This document shows, one piece after another, positions 52,561 through 64,000 of a DNA stretch of 64,000 bases. The DNA lies in contig NW_005434653.1 in assembly GCF_000315625.1 (NCBI RefSeq), positions 784,045-848,044 on the forward strand. The letters run 5' to 3'. Within the stretch, counting starts at the first letter, position 1. Every line of letters starts with the position of its first letter. The DNA is from Guillardia theta CCMP2712 (taxonomy: Eukaryota; Protista; Cryptophyta). The translations under genes and the position numbers were made by a program. The notes under the pieces were generated by a model. That model made no database searches and was not told the DNA's origin. It worked only from the letters and a program-made list of their open reading frames with translations.

Positions 52561-53781
52561 CTGCCCTTGTTCACCATAATAATTGTGAAGTTTCCGGGGA
52601 CGGGAGGTTAGTGTTTGAGTACGATTCAACTACTTGAAATTGCTTTTGTTTTTGTTACAGATTTGTACCATAGTCTGAAACATTTGGATATTTGGATGTA
52701 TATTCGCAAATTTTCAATTAAAATATTGAAATTTTTAACCCCTTTGCCACAGTTTGATTGGACCCTTGAATGTTGTGGAGGTCGGCGTCACAGAACAACC
52801 CCTACCCCAAGAGCCTCTACCCCTATCCGTCGTCTTCAGCCTTCAGGCCATGTTTGAGGGCCGGTACTTGTAGTACCCTACCTCCTCCTTCATCATCGAC
52901 TACCCCACAGAGGGCATATAATCCACTTGTAAAGAAATGTTTGCCAAGCACCGGTAGTTTAGGCCGGGATATGTCAGCCTCTACCGAGTTTGATTTTTAC
53001 CGTCGCTAGGCCTCCCCACCTCCCGGGTTTGCCTCAGGCTACCCGGCCCCCTCTTGGACTCTCACAGGGTACGGTCCTCGACACACACCCCGGCCCGTAA
53101 AGAACTACCCCTACCGTGCCTCCCAATTTGATCGTGGCCTACCCTGCGGCTGCCGAATCCCTTCAAGGCTTCCGAGTGACACTCTGTACGGTAGAGATGA
53201 TCTGTACGGTACGGTACATCGTCACTACACCCCCCGGGCCGTTTGCCAGTTGTCGGACTATCATCCTGACGGCGACTTAACTTTGACGGTAAAGGATCAT
53301 CCGATCAGTAAGCCGGTGGCCCGGGACTCCCGGGAGGGGGGCCGGCCCGGAAGGCCCGGGATCGGACGGGAGTCGGAGGCGGGGCCCGGAGGAGGCCGCC
53401 GCGGGCGGCGCCGCCCGGCGGCCCGGCGGGCTCAGGCTTGCCGCAAGCCTTGGCAGTGCCAAGTTGGGCCCGGGGAGACTGGGCCCGGGGGAGAGCCTCG
53501 GACGCGAGTCAGTGAGGCGAGTAAGGAAGGGGCCCGCCGGGGGGCCCTTCCGAGTCCGAGTCGGCTTGCCACGGTTGATTCATGCGGCCGCAGCCGGACT
53601 CCGTGACATCCGTGGCGCGCGCGGCAGCCTGACGTTTCTGCAGTGCCGCGCTGAGTGCCGTGCGTGACTCTCACCGGCGGCGTCCGACCGTCAGTGTGGC
53701 CGCCGCGGGGGGCTGCCAGGGGGACTACCGTCACAGTGACTAGCCCCCGCTCACTGAAGACGGGAGTCACGCCTAGTACAC

Positions 53782-53842
53782 GGGTTTAGGGCCCGGTTTA
53801 GGGTTTAGGGACGGTTTAGGGTTTAGGCCCGCCGGGTTTAGG
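53782..53842 (+). repeat. Interstitial telomeric repeats (TTTAGGG), interrupted
   Basis: Six TTTAGG(G) units with short inserts. Confidence 0.9.
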
Positions 53843-53865
53843 AGCCGCGGCCCTTACGGTAAGAG

Positions 53866-55812
53866 CATGCTGCCCTGCGGCGCGTAGGGAGAGCGCAAGG
53901 GGACTGGAGGAAGCTGCGAAATGATGAGAGCGTTCGCAACCTGCTGTATCGGAGATCATGCCAATACACGCAGGGCGAGCGCTCTGGAGGCCACGTCGAG
54001 GAGGCCGCCAACCTCGTCGAGAGGGTGAAGAGCTTCGCGAAGCGGTATCCTGGTAGCCTAGTAGGACAGCTCATGCTTGCAGAGCTGAGGGTGGATCATG
54101 GATGCACTCCCGACGCTATCGCTGAAGCCATCCGCTCGACCGATGATGTCGGCAGGCGAGACGCGACCTGTTTGAAGACTCTCTGAGCGAATGGAGCTCA
54201 GAGTCGAGAGCATGGTTTAACAACAGATGGAGGAGGCCAAGAAGCAGAATGTCGAGGCATACATCGGCACTGAACTGACTTGCACCGAGGGGACCTCCTT
54301 CATCTCCAAGAAAAGTTGAAATCGAAGCTTATGGAGCTGGGTCTCATGGTAGACTCAGTCGATGGAGTCGACAAGGCCATCATGTGGAAAGCACCTTACA
54401 GACCTGAGGCTAGTAGCACGAGCAGACGACATCTCAGTCACCGTCTCCTTCCTTAGGAATGAAGAAGCCATGGCGCTATGGGGCCGAAGGCAGGCCCGGA
54501 GAATACAGCATAGACGGCAGACGGTCGTTCAAGCTTCGAGCCAAGCGAGGACCTTGGGGCACTGCAAGGCCCGGGAGCCGCCGCCGCCGGAGCCTTGCCG
54601 AGCTATCGCAGCTCTTAGCTCTTGGAGGAATGTCGACGGCCGAGATCGCTCAGACTCTCTATCGATTTCAGCTGCAGAGGTACAACCGCTTGCTGGCATT
54701 CTCGTGCAGGGTCCTGGGCAGCCTCCGAGGTCGCAAGGGGCCGAGCCCGAAGACGTATGTGGCTATTGGGGCAAGCACGGGAGCTCTCGTTCAGAGAGAG
54801 CGAGGCGATGGAGGGGGTGCATCTCACTCTCATCAGCGACGACGCCAAGCTCAGAGAGACGTGAGAGATCATGCGGGGCGCAGCAGCTTTAGAGTCACGT
54901 GACAGATCAAGTCGAGGTCAAGCATGAGCACTGAGGCCGCTTCTCGAGGAAGGAGATGGAAGCCGCGGCTGTGCGGAGGAGGTAACACAAACCTCAAGCT
55001 GGTCAGCGTCGAGGTCGAGGAAGATTCACGGTGACACGCTGAGCTGGGATGGGAGCCTGATAGCTCTCTTCCTGGCGACTTGGAAGGGGTCCCCACTGTC
55101 AGCTCTCAGGAGGAAGAGGAGAGCGAGGAGCAAGCTCAGGACCCCCAAGGGCATCAGCAAGGCGCTGGATGGCTGGAGCTCAGCGACATCGACAGGATCA
55201 CCATGGAAGCAGCGTCGCCGTCAGGGCCAGTCGATCAACAGGTCTTGGTCGACCTCTCGTCGATGCTCTTGGAGACACTGATCAGAGGAGGAGCTGCTAG
55301 CTGGCAAGCTCGGATCTCCCTGGAGCTAGACAAGAGTGTTGGCAAGCTGGCAACGTGGAGTTCATGACGCTCGGAGCTTGGGCAGCCACGCCGTTGAAAG
55401 AAAAGCTCAGAGCGTACCTCGGGGAGATGCAATGGACACGGGTGCAAGGGAACAAGAAGGTCATGCAGGCAGCGAGGAGGGGCAGCGCCTTGGAGGCTGA
55501 GAGCGATGACATCGAGAGTCGATCTGTAAGCCTCACGGGCAAGGTCGACAAGCAAGACCGACTGCGGCTGACGATGAGAGATGAAGTCGAAATGGAGGCT
55601 GAGGAGGGCGAGGGCGTGGAGGAGGAGGCTGGCACAGGCCTCTCTCGCGCTTGAAGCTCGAGGCAAGTCTTAAAGGTGGACAAGAGGCAGACTCTGCGGC
55701 GGAAATGTGGGCCCCAAGGCCCGGGGGAAGGAGGAAGAAATAAACTTGAAAGCAGGTGGGCACGGGGCAAGCAACGAAGGTAAGCCTCAGGCTTGAAGGG
55801 CAGGTAAGCCGG
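53866..55812 (+). mobile_element. Decayed copy of repeated intronless element X (ORF1/gag-like?)
   Basis: Collinear with 61704-64000; many indels; telomeric repeats on both sides. Confidence 0.6.
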
Positions 55813-55863
55813 CCGCGGTGGGCCCGGAGCCTGGGGGAGGGGGAGCCTTTAGAGTTTGACTGA

Positions 55864-55879
55864 GGGTTTAGGGTTTAGG
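55864..55879 (+). repeat. Interstitial telomeric repeats gggtttagggtttagg
   Basis: Direct. Confidence 0.8.
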
Positions 55880-56778
55880 AGGCGCCGTTATTTTCGGCAG
55901 GCGCCAGGCGCCGTTATTTTCGGCAGCACTGCGGCATGGCTCCTCGCCAGCACGGTGTAGGGGAACTTCGGAAGCCGCCAGGGCGGCCGGCGCCAGTTGA
56001 TCGGATCCGAGTGACTCTGTGACTCGGATCATCCGATGCCACCGGATGTTCAAGTTTACGCCGTTGCGTGACGCGCCCGGCATCCGCGGCCCGCCGGGCC
56101 GCCGGCCTAAGGCTGCAGTGCTATGTACGGTAACCTAGTAACTCTGACTCACTGGCCAGTGCCAGCTTCAGTACCGTCTACGTGACAAGAACTTCGGCTC
56201 TCGCTCGGAAGCCCGGCGCAATTTCGGACTGGAAGGAGTGACGCACAGAGTCCCTGGCAGACGAGTTGGAAGGACTCCGAGAAGGTTGAGACATATGGCA
56301 CCGCCTCAGCAGGCCCTGAGGCAACGAGTTCGGACTTTCTTCATCCTGATCTGAACTGTCGGCGGTAGGCTACTGTCTGTACCGTACGTTTACCGTTGAA
56401 AACGGTTGTAGTGAAATTCAACGAACTGTCGGTGAAATTTGTACCATGAAAAATACCGTACAGGACACACCTGGTACTCATTTGTACCACGTCTGGAAAA
56501 CACTCCGAGTCATGGTTATTTTCAGTGTACTTTCCTGAAGTGTGTCCCTGGTACCAATATTTGTATTGAAAATTTAACCAATATCTTTAAAACTAATAGT
56601 GCTATATGCTGTGCACTCCAACAAGGTCTGTCTGATTTGCTAGAAGGCTGTTGGTATTCGTGCTATAGCGAGGGAGGGAGGGGAGGGACAGGGGGAGGGA
56701 CCGAAAGAGGCAGGAAGGGAGGAGGGAGGGGGGCAGAGATATATGAAGAAAGGAAAGGAGATAGGGTGATAGGGAGGG

Positions 56779-57742
56779 AGGGAGTGTGTGTGTGTCGAGG
56801 AAGGAGGCGAGGATTAGCGAGGGAGGGAGGGAGAAAGGGGAGAGCGGAGGGAGGGAGAAAGTGAGGGAGCATCTCTCTCTTTCACTCACTGGCTGTCTCT
56901 TACTCGGTCACTCTCCCTCCTTCTGTCTGTCTGTCTCTCTTCCTCCCCTCACCCCATTTCCTTGCTTGCACCCACCCTCTCCCTCCCTCTTCCTCCTCTC
57001 TCGCTCTTTGCCTGCTGCCAGCCTGCCTGTCAGTGATTCTGTCGGTCCTTCGTCCCTTTCTCTCCCTTGCTCTCCCTTTCTCTCCCTCCCCCCCCCCCCC
57101 CTCCCCCCCTTCCCCTCAAACACACACTCTTTTCCCTTCTTTATCCTTGTCTGATGCCTGCTATCCGTCTCTCACCCATTCGCTGGTTTCTGTCTCATGT
57201 CTTGCTGTCATGAGCAAGGCAACATGCAGAAGAAGGACTGCCTATTGGATATGGGTATCAGGGTGAACGCGTCAGAACACACAGATCCAAGGGAGAAATG
57301 AGACAAGTCAAGACTCTGTGTCTTTTTCTTTGTTTGGGTCTGATGTGCATTGTGATTACAGAGGTGAGAAGCATCTGCGTTGTTGTATCCTTGATATGAC
57401 GAGCTTTGATGTGATTGTAGGGAATAGCTGCTACTGTTGGCTGTCAAGGTTTTATTGATGGCAAGAAGAATGTCGTGCGCCAGAGCTCTTGCTTGACATT
57501 ACGAGGAGGAAGTGGTGCACCATGGAACGTGAGCGATGGTGGTTCCCCTGGGGCGAAAGAGCTCAGAGAGAAAAGTATGGGGAATGTGAATGGAATGCGC
57601 ATGGAGCTAACTGGCCATGGTTCTCTCGAGGAACAAGACGAGATGTATGCAGACGAGCAGTTGGCTGTTTACAGCTCTCGTGACGCAAGAGACAAGACAG
57701 AGAGATCGAAAAGACCACGAACTGCAGAAAGAGAGGGGCTAG
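56779..57742 (+). repeat. Left arm of ~1 kb inverted repeat
   Basis: Reverse complement of 59991-61047; ORFs 57475+ and 60258- share their first ~89 aa. Confidence 0.95.
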
Positions 57743-58052
57743 CTAGAGGGCGATTTATCTTATTACATACATCTTGTTGATTTGGAAAATTCGGTTATCT
57801 TTGATTCTACAGAAGTTCGATTTTTTTTGAAGTGGAACTAAGTTGCTCGTTGTGAAAGAGGTAATCGTGTACGGCATCTTGTGGAATACAAAGGATGGAC
57901 AACATGAGTGTGTTGTCATTTTTGTGTGCTAGTGGGAGCGAATGAGAGAATAATCTGTACTACCTTATCCTCTTACAATTTAGATCCCTGAGGTAGGTTA
58001 GTTTTCTTGGAGAGAATGCTTCTCTTCACATCCGACTTGTTTGCGACACGGT

Positions 58053-60258
58053 TCAGGTGGATTTCCTCACAGTGTCGGAGACAAGACCTGTAACTTCGGG
58101 CATACTAGCAGAGCTCATTTCAGAAATCTTCCTTTCTCTCAACCATAATGCATCTTCTTTTGATAGGAACATGGTGTACTGAGTGAAGTTGCACAGCTGC
58201 TGAAAATTCTCCTCGCTTGGCTCTTTTCCATCATATGTGAAAACCTGTCCTCGTGTCCAGTTCGGCAGTCCCTTATACGCTGAAGGTAGGACAAACACAA
58301 AACATATCCTAGAAAACCGGTTCTTGGCTCGCAGAGCTTGCAGGATCTTACATAATGGCCAATACTTGATCGGATGACTATCTGCCCGTGTAATCTGAAA
58401 AATGTAGAGAACTTCGCTTTGTTTTAATGACAACGCATCCAAGAAAGGAAAATTCTTTGACTTGGGCTTGCAATATGCATTCAAATTGATCGCCCACGTT
58501 TCCATCTCGTCTTGCTTTGTCGCAAATTCAATATACGATTGCGATGTTTCCAACTTGAGCTCTTCGCACATGTATCCATTACCATTAGTCGACTGTAGAC
58601 TATGCAACGTGAAGTTTCCTCCTTTCTTCAGCAGCTGATGTGCAACGTATTCAAAAATTTGACCTGCTGCAACCTCAAATGGACTTTCAGCGGCCGAAAA
58701 AGCCTGCTCAACAAGCGAATGCCAATCGTTTATGACAATCCTGTCAAATATCTTCGTTTCAGCCTTCGTTGAACATATGCGAGGGGTTATGGTCTTGAAG
58801 TCAGAATTAGGGATCAGGTGAATTAGTTTCGATGGCATTCCCAAGTCTTGATTTATTGCCACATGCATCCTCTCCTGTAGTGATGACAAAGAACCTGTTG
58901 TCCTGATTATCTGATCAAGTGTATCTGAGGGTTTCATCACGAGATATCTTGGTACGTTTCCCCAATCCTCAATGGTCCGTGCAGCTTCTTGCTCATCAAT
59001 GCGCCCCCTATGCATCTTGATGAAGATTGACATCTCCTCGTCCGACCATACTGGTAGAAAATATCTCTGCGACACACGTTTGTTCAAAAGATCCTTAATC
59101 GGCTGAACCCTCGGTGATGAAATTATAATTGTTTTTGCGAAATTAGTGATGGCATAGTCTCCTTTCCCATGGTACAAGTCACAGATATACCACCCAGAGA
59201 AATGTGCAAGAAGGACAACAAAAGGTTTGTCATGGAGGATCTCATTCCATTCTCCTCCATCAGAGTACCAATACTGAGGCCCTACCTGGTAGACGATTTT
59301 CTCCTTAGACCGGAGAAGCTCCATGAGTAAGTAGTACGCAAAGCACGACTTTCCTATCCCTGGAGTACCTGTGAGAATAAATGGCTTACAACTCTTTCGT
59401 GGTCCCAGTGTCTTCAACATCTCTGGATCCACCTTGAAATGTTCTGCAATTACCCGCTTCATCTCAAGATAACACTCTCGTATGAAGAGATGGTTTCCAA
59501 AATCCTCATCGCCTCCCAAGAATGTCGAAAGAGGGATAATCTCAAGAGCTGAGAAGGTCTTGCCTGAGCGTGCAATGTTCCAGAGATCGTTCAAGAAAAG
59601 TAGGATTTCGCTACCTATCAGTCCTATCAGTACATGTAATTCATCACAATTCTGCTTCACCTTCAGGTTTGGATAAATGGTCTGCAAGTTTTTCATGACG
59701 TATATCCCTTTGTTGTTTGATCTCCAATATTTTGAGAAGCTGTATCTCCTTCTCTCGAAGCTGCTGCTTCTCCATCTCTCGAAGCTGCTTCTCCTGATAC
59801 CAGTATTGCTCATTCATATTTGAGATGTTCCTCTCTATGATGTTCCTATCTGCCACTTCTATCTTGCTATTAACCACATCAATATCCTCCTTTACCCTTG
59901 CAATCTCCGCATTTACCCCTGCAATCTCAATTACCGTCTCATTTACTCTGGTCATCGTTGCATGGAGCTCTGCTCCCAATGAATAGCCCCCTAGCCCCTC
60001 TCTTTCCGCAGTTCGTGGTCTTTTCGATCTCTCTGTCTTGTCTCTTGCGTCACGAGAGCTGTAAACAGCCAACTGCTCGTCTGCATACATCTCGTCTTGT
60101 TCCTCGAGAGAACCATGGCCAGTTAGCTCCATGCGCATTCCATTCACATTCCCCATACTTTTCTCTCTGAGCTCTTTCGCCCCAGGGGAACCACCATCGC
60201 TCACGTTCCATGGTGCACCACTTCCTCCTCGTAATGTCAAGCAAGAGCTCTGGCGCAC
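58053..60258 (-). CDS. Crinkler/RHS (CR)-type protein: helical header + P-loop NTPase + PD-(D/E)XK restriction-endonuclease domain
   Basis: ILTGTPGIGKS, WYICD, IIISSP, RYFLPVWSDEE, WGNVPR; GQIFEYVAH, PKSKNFPFLDAL, FQIT..HPI; 46-nt GT-AG intron (59660-59615) joins the two ORFs in frame (SKPE-G-SEILL); true start uncertain. Confidence 0.85.
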
Positions 60259-61047
60259 GACATTCTTCTTGCCATCAATAAAACCTTGACAGCCAACAGT
60301 AGCAGCTATTCCCTACAATCACATCAAAGCTCGTCATATCAAGGATACAACAACGCAGGTGCTTCTCACCTCTGTAATCACAATGCACATCAGACCCAAA
60401 CAAAGAAAAAGACACAGAGTCTTGACTTGTCTCATTTCTCCCTTGGATCTGTGTGTTCTGACGCGTTCACCCTGATACCCATATCCAATAGGCAGTCCTT
60501 CTTCTGCATGTTGCCTTGCTCATGACAGCAAGACATGAGACAGAAACCAGCGAATGGGTGAGAGACGGATAGCAGGCATCAGACAAGGATAAAGAAGGGA
60601 AAAGAGTGTGTGTTGAGGGGAAGGGGGGAGGGNNNNNNNNNNNNNNNNNNNNNNNNNNNNNNNNNNNNNNNNNNNNNNNNNNNNNNNNNNNNNNNNNNNN
60701 NNNNNNNNNNNNNNNNNNNNNNNNNNNNNNNNGAGGGCGAGGGAGAGAAAGGGAGAGCCAGGGGGAGAAAGGGACGAAGGACCGACAGAATCACTGACAG
60801 GCAGGCTGGCAGCAGGCAAAGAGCGAGAGAGGAGGAAGAGGGAGGGAGAGGGTGGGTGCAAGCAAGGAAATGGGGTGAGGGGAGGAAGAGAGACAGACAG
60901 ACAGAAGGAGGGAGAGTGACCGAGTAAGAGACAGCCAGTGAGTGAAAGAGAGAGATGCTCCCTCACTTTCTCCCTCCCTCCGCTCTCCCCTTTCTCCCTC
61001 CCTCCCTCGCTAAATCCATCGCCCCCTTCCTCGCACACACACTCCCT
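59991..61047 (-). repeat. Right arm of inverted repeat (contains CR gene 5' end and an N gap)
   Basis: Reverse complement of 56779-57742. Confidence 0.95.
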
Positions 61048-61703
61048 TGTCAGAGGCAGCCGGGCCTTGTCAGAGGCAGCCGGGCCTTGTCAGAGGCAGC
61101 CGGGCCTTGTCAGAGGCAGAGCCGGGCCTTGTCAGAGGCAGCCGGGCCTTGTCAGAGGCAGCCGGGCCTTGTCAGAGGCAGCCGGGCCTTGTCAGAGGCA
61201 GCCGGGCCTTGTCAGAGGCAGCCGGGCCTTGTCAGAGGCAGCCGGGCCTTGTCAGAGGCAGCCGGGCCTTGTCAGAGGCAGCCGGGCCTTGTCAGAGGCA
61301 GCCGGGCCTTGTCAGAGGCAGCCGGGCCTTGTCAGAGGCAGCCGGGCCTTGTCAGAGGCACAGCCGGGCCTTGTCAGAGGCAGCCGGGCCTTGTCAGAGG
61401 CAGCCGGGCCTTGTCAGAGGCAGCCGGGCCTTGTCAGAGGCAGCCGGGCCTTGTCAGAGGCAGCCGGGCCTTGTCAGAGGCAGCCGGGCCTTGTCAGAGG
61501 CACAGCCGGGCCTTGTCAGAGGCAGCCGGGCCTTGTCAGAGGCACAGCCGGGCCTTGTCAGAGGCACAGCCGGGCCTTGTCAGAGGCACAGCCGGGCCTT
61601 GTCAGAGGCACAGCCGGGCCTTGTCAGAGGCACAGCCGGGCCTTGTCAGAGGCCGCACAGCCGGCCGCCTTGTCAGAGGCACAGCCGGGCCTTGTCAGAG
61701 GCA
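61047..61703 (+). repeat. 20/22-bp tandem array (cttgtcagaggc[ac]agccgggc), ~32 units
   Basis: Direct; no unique spacers. Confidence 0.97.
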
Positions 61704-64000
61704 CATGCTGCCCTGCGGCGCGTAGGGAGAGCGGCAAGGGGACCGGTGGAAGCTGCGAGCAAGAGGTTTGTATCGTTCAAACAGCTACCTAAGCATGGTA
61801 CTACAGTATGATGAGAGCGTTCGCAACCTGCTGTATCGGAGATCATGCCAATACACGCAGGGTGAGCGCTCTGGAGGCCACGTCGAAGAGGCCGCCGACC
61901 TCGTCGAGAGAGTGAAGCCTTCACCAAGCGTTATCCGAATAGTCGGACAGCTCATGCTTGCAGAGCTGAGGGGGGATGCACTCCCGACGCTATCGCTGAA
62001 GCCATCCGCTCGACATGTCGGCAGGCGAGACGCGACCTGTTTGAAGACTCTCTGAGTGAATGGAGCTCAGAGTCGAGAGCATGGTTTATTCAACAGATGG
62101 AGGAGGCCAAGAAGCAGAATGTCGAGACATACATCGGCACCGAAGGCACCGAGGGGACCTCCTTCATCTCCATGACTCTCCTGGGCATCTCCTCGATGTT
62201 TGTTCGACAAGAAGACAAATTGAAAACAAAGCTCATGGAGCTGGGGCTCATGGTAGACTCAGTCGATGGAGGCGACAAGGCCATCATGTGGAAAGCACCT
62301 TACAGACCTGAGATAGCACGAGCAGACGACATCTCAGTCACCGTCTCCTTCCTTCGGAATGAAGCAGCCATGGAGCTATGGGAAGGCAGGAAAGAATACA
62401 CTATAGACGGCAGAGCGTTTAAAGCAACGGAAGTCAGCATAGCACACGGCTCTCGGAGGAATGTCGACGGCCGAGATCGCTCAGATTTATCGATTTCAGC
62501 TGGTCTCGCAATCTCTTGCAGCCGCAGAGGTACAACCGCTTGCTGGCATGCTCGTGCAGGGTGCTGGGCAGAGAGGTCGCAAGGGGCCGAGCCCGAAGAC
62601 GTATGTCGCTGTTGGGGCAAGTACCGGAACTCTCCAGCAAAAAGAGCTAGAGTGGGTGCTGAGCTCGCCTTCGACGGCAAGTTGCGAGCAGACCTTGGCC
62701 TCGTTCAGAGAGAGCGAGGCGATGGAGGGGGTGCACCTGACCCTCATCAGCGACGACGCCAAGCTCAGAGAGACGTTTGCAGTCGAGCTCACAGCCGACA
62801 CCTTCGTTCCTAGGGGAAAGATCGCTAAGCAAAGGAGGGCACTTCGCGAGAGAGATCATGCGGGGCGCAGCAGCTTCAGAGTGCAGATCAAGTCGAGGTC
62901 AAGCATGAGCACAGGCCGCTTCTCGAGGAAGGAGATGGAAGCACTGTGCGGAGGAGGTAACACATCGATCACGAGAGTCAAGCGAGCCATGTTGGAATTA
63001 GCAAGAAGGATAGGCGTGACGCCGGTCAGCGTCGAGGTCGAGGAGGATCGTGACACGCTCAGCTGGGATGGGAGCCTGATAGCTCTCTCCCTGGCGACCA
63101 AGGCAGAGGCTCGACGCTTGATGGACGACATGCACTTCTACTTGGAAGGGATTCTGGAAGTTAAGCTGGAAGCTATGGGTTTTAAGCTTAACCCTCAGCA
63201 TGAGGAGGAGAGGAGCCCGAGCAGCGAGGAGCAAGCCCAAGAGTCCCAAGGGCAGCAGCAAGGCGCTGGATGGCTGGAGCTCAGCGACATCGACAGGATC
63301 ACCATGGAAGCAGCGTCGCCGTCAGGGCCAGTCGATCATGGCAACAGGTCTTGGTCGACCTCTCGTCGATGCTCTTGGAGACATCAGAGGAGGAGCTGCT
63401 AGCTGGCAAGCCGATCTCCCTGGAGCTAGACAAGAGTNNNNNNNNNNNNNNNNNNNNNNNNNNNNNNNNNNNNNNNNNNNNNNNNNNNNNNNNNNNNNNN
63501 NNNNNNNNNNNNNNNNNNNNNNNNNNNNNNNNNNNNNNNNNNNNNNNNNNNNNNNNNNNNNNNNNNNNNNNNNNNNNNNNNNNNNNNNNNNNNNNNNNNN
63601 NNNNNNNNNNNNNNNNNNNNNNNNNNNNNNNNNNNNNNNNNNNNNNNNNNNNNNNNNNNNNNNNNNNNNNNNNNNNNNNNNNNNNNNNNCGATCTGTAAG
63701 CCTCTTGTATCTTGCGATCAGTAAATTTGCTGAGCACCATGGGTTGAGCTGCACGGGCAAGGTCGACAAGCAAGACCGACTGCGGCTGATGATGAGGGAG
63801 GAAGTCGACATGGAGGCTGAGGAGGGCGAGGGCGTGGAGGAGGAGGCCGGTGCAGGCCTCTCGCGCGCTTGAGGCTCGAGTCAAGTCTTAGAGGTGGACA
63901 AGAGGCGGAGCGGAGCTGTGGGCCCCAAGGGGGGAAGGAGGAAGAAATAAAGCAGGTGGTCATGGGGCAAGCAACGAAGGTAAGGGCGGGTAAGCCGGTC
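61704..64000 (+). mobile_element. Element X, better preserved copy with frameshifted long ORF
   Basis: ORFs 61768-62055, 62097-62813, 62461-63402 and 63270-63872 form one broken frame; runs off the window. Confidence 0.6.

Noticed and set aside
55568-55592. Hammerhead ribozyme core (ctgacga...gaaa)
   Set aside because: No stem II pairing and not conserved in the second copy
56440-56560. MITE-like short inverted motif (ggacacac/gtgtgtcc)
   Set aside because: Only 8 bp, with no TSD or second copy
59644-59813. Programmed frameshift or pseudogenisation of the CR gene
   Set aside because: A canonical 46-nt GT-AG intron joins the two frames
61047-61703. CRISPR-like array or repeat-protein ORFs (254-284 aa)
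   Set aside because: Head-to-tail repeats with no unique spacers and no cas genes; the ORFs are artefacts of a stop-free unit

Overview
Eukaryotic nuclear DNA, about 53% GC, with many short (~46 nt) GT-AG introns, N-gaps, TTTAGGG repeats and signal peptide+Phe bipartite leaders. This is most consistent with a cryptophyte alga such as Guillardia theta (inference). 1-8.8 kb: a ~3.5 kb tandem segmental duplication carrying an intronless PAN/apple surface-protein gene and broken copies of the neighbouring NYN-domain gene. 9-52.6 kb: ordinary gene-dense region (CitE/malyl-CoA lyase-like, PDZ, CIA30, RPA34-like, RCC1-repeat, Sfi1-like, SPRY, delta-tubulin, MsrA, secreted and Cys-rich proteins). 53.8-64 kb looks subtelomeric: a decayed intronless element bracketed by TTTAGGG repeats, a Crinkler/RHS-type NTPase+REase gene enclosed by ~1 kb near-identical inverted repeats, a 20-bp tandem array and a second copy of the element. 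Comparing the duplicated copies shows a localized mutational process that inserts short palindrome-forming (A-A'-A) sequences and appears to build the GC-rich intergenic islands. Spliced gene boundaries were read by eye and are approximate.
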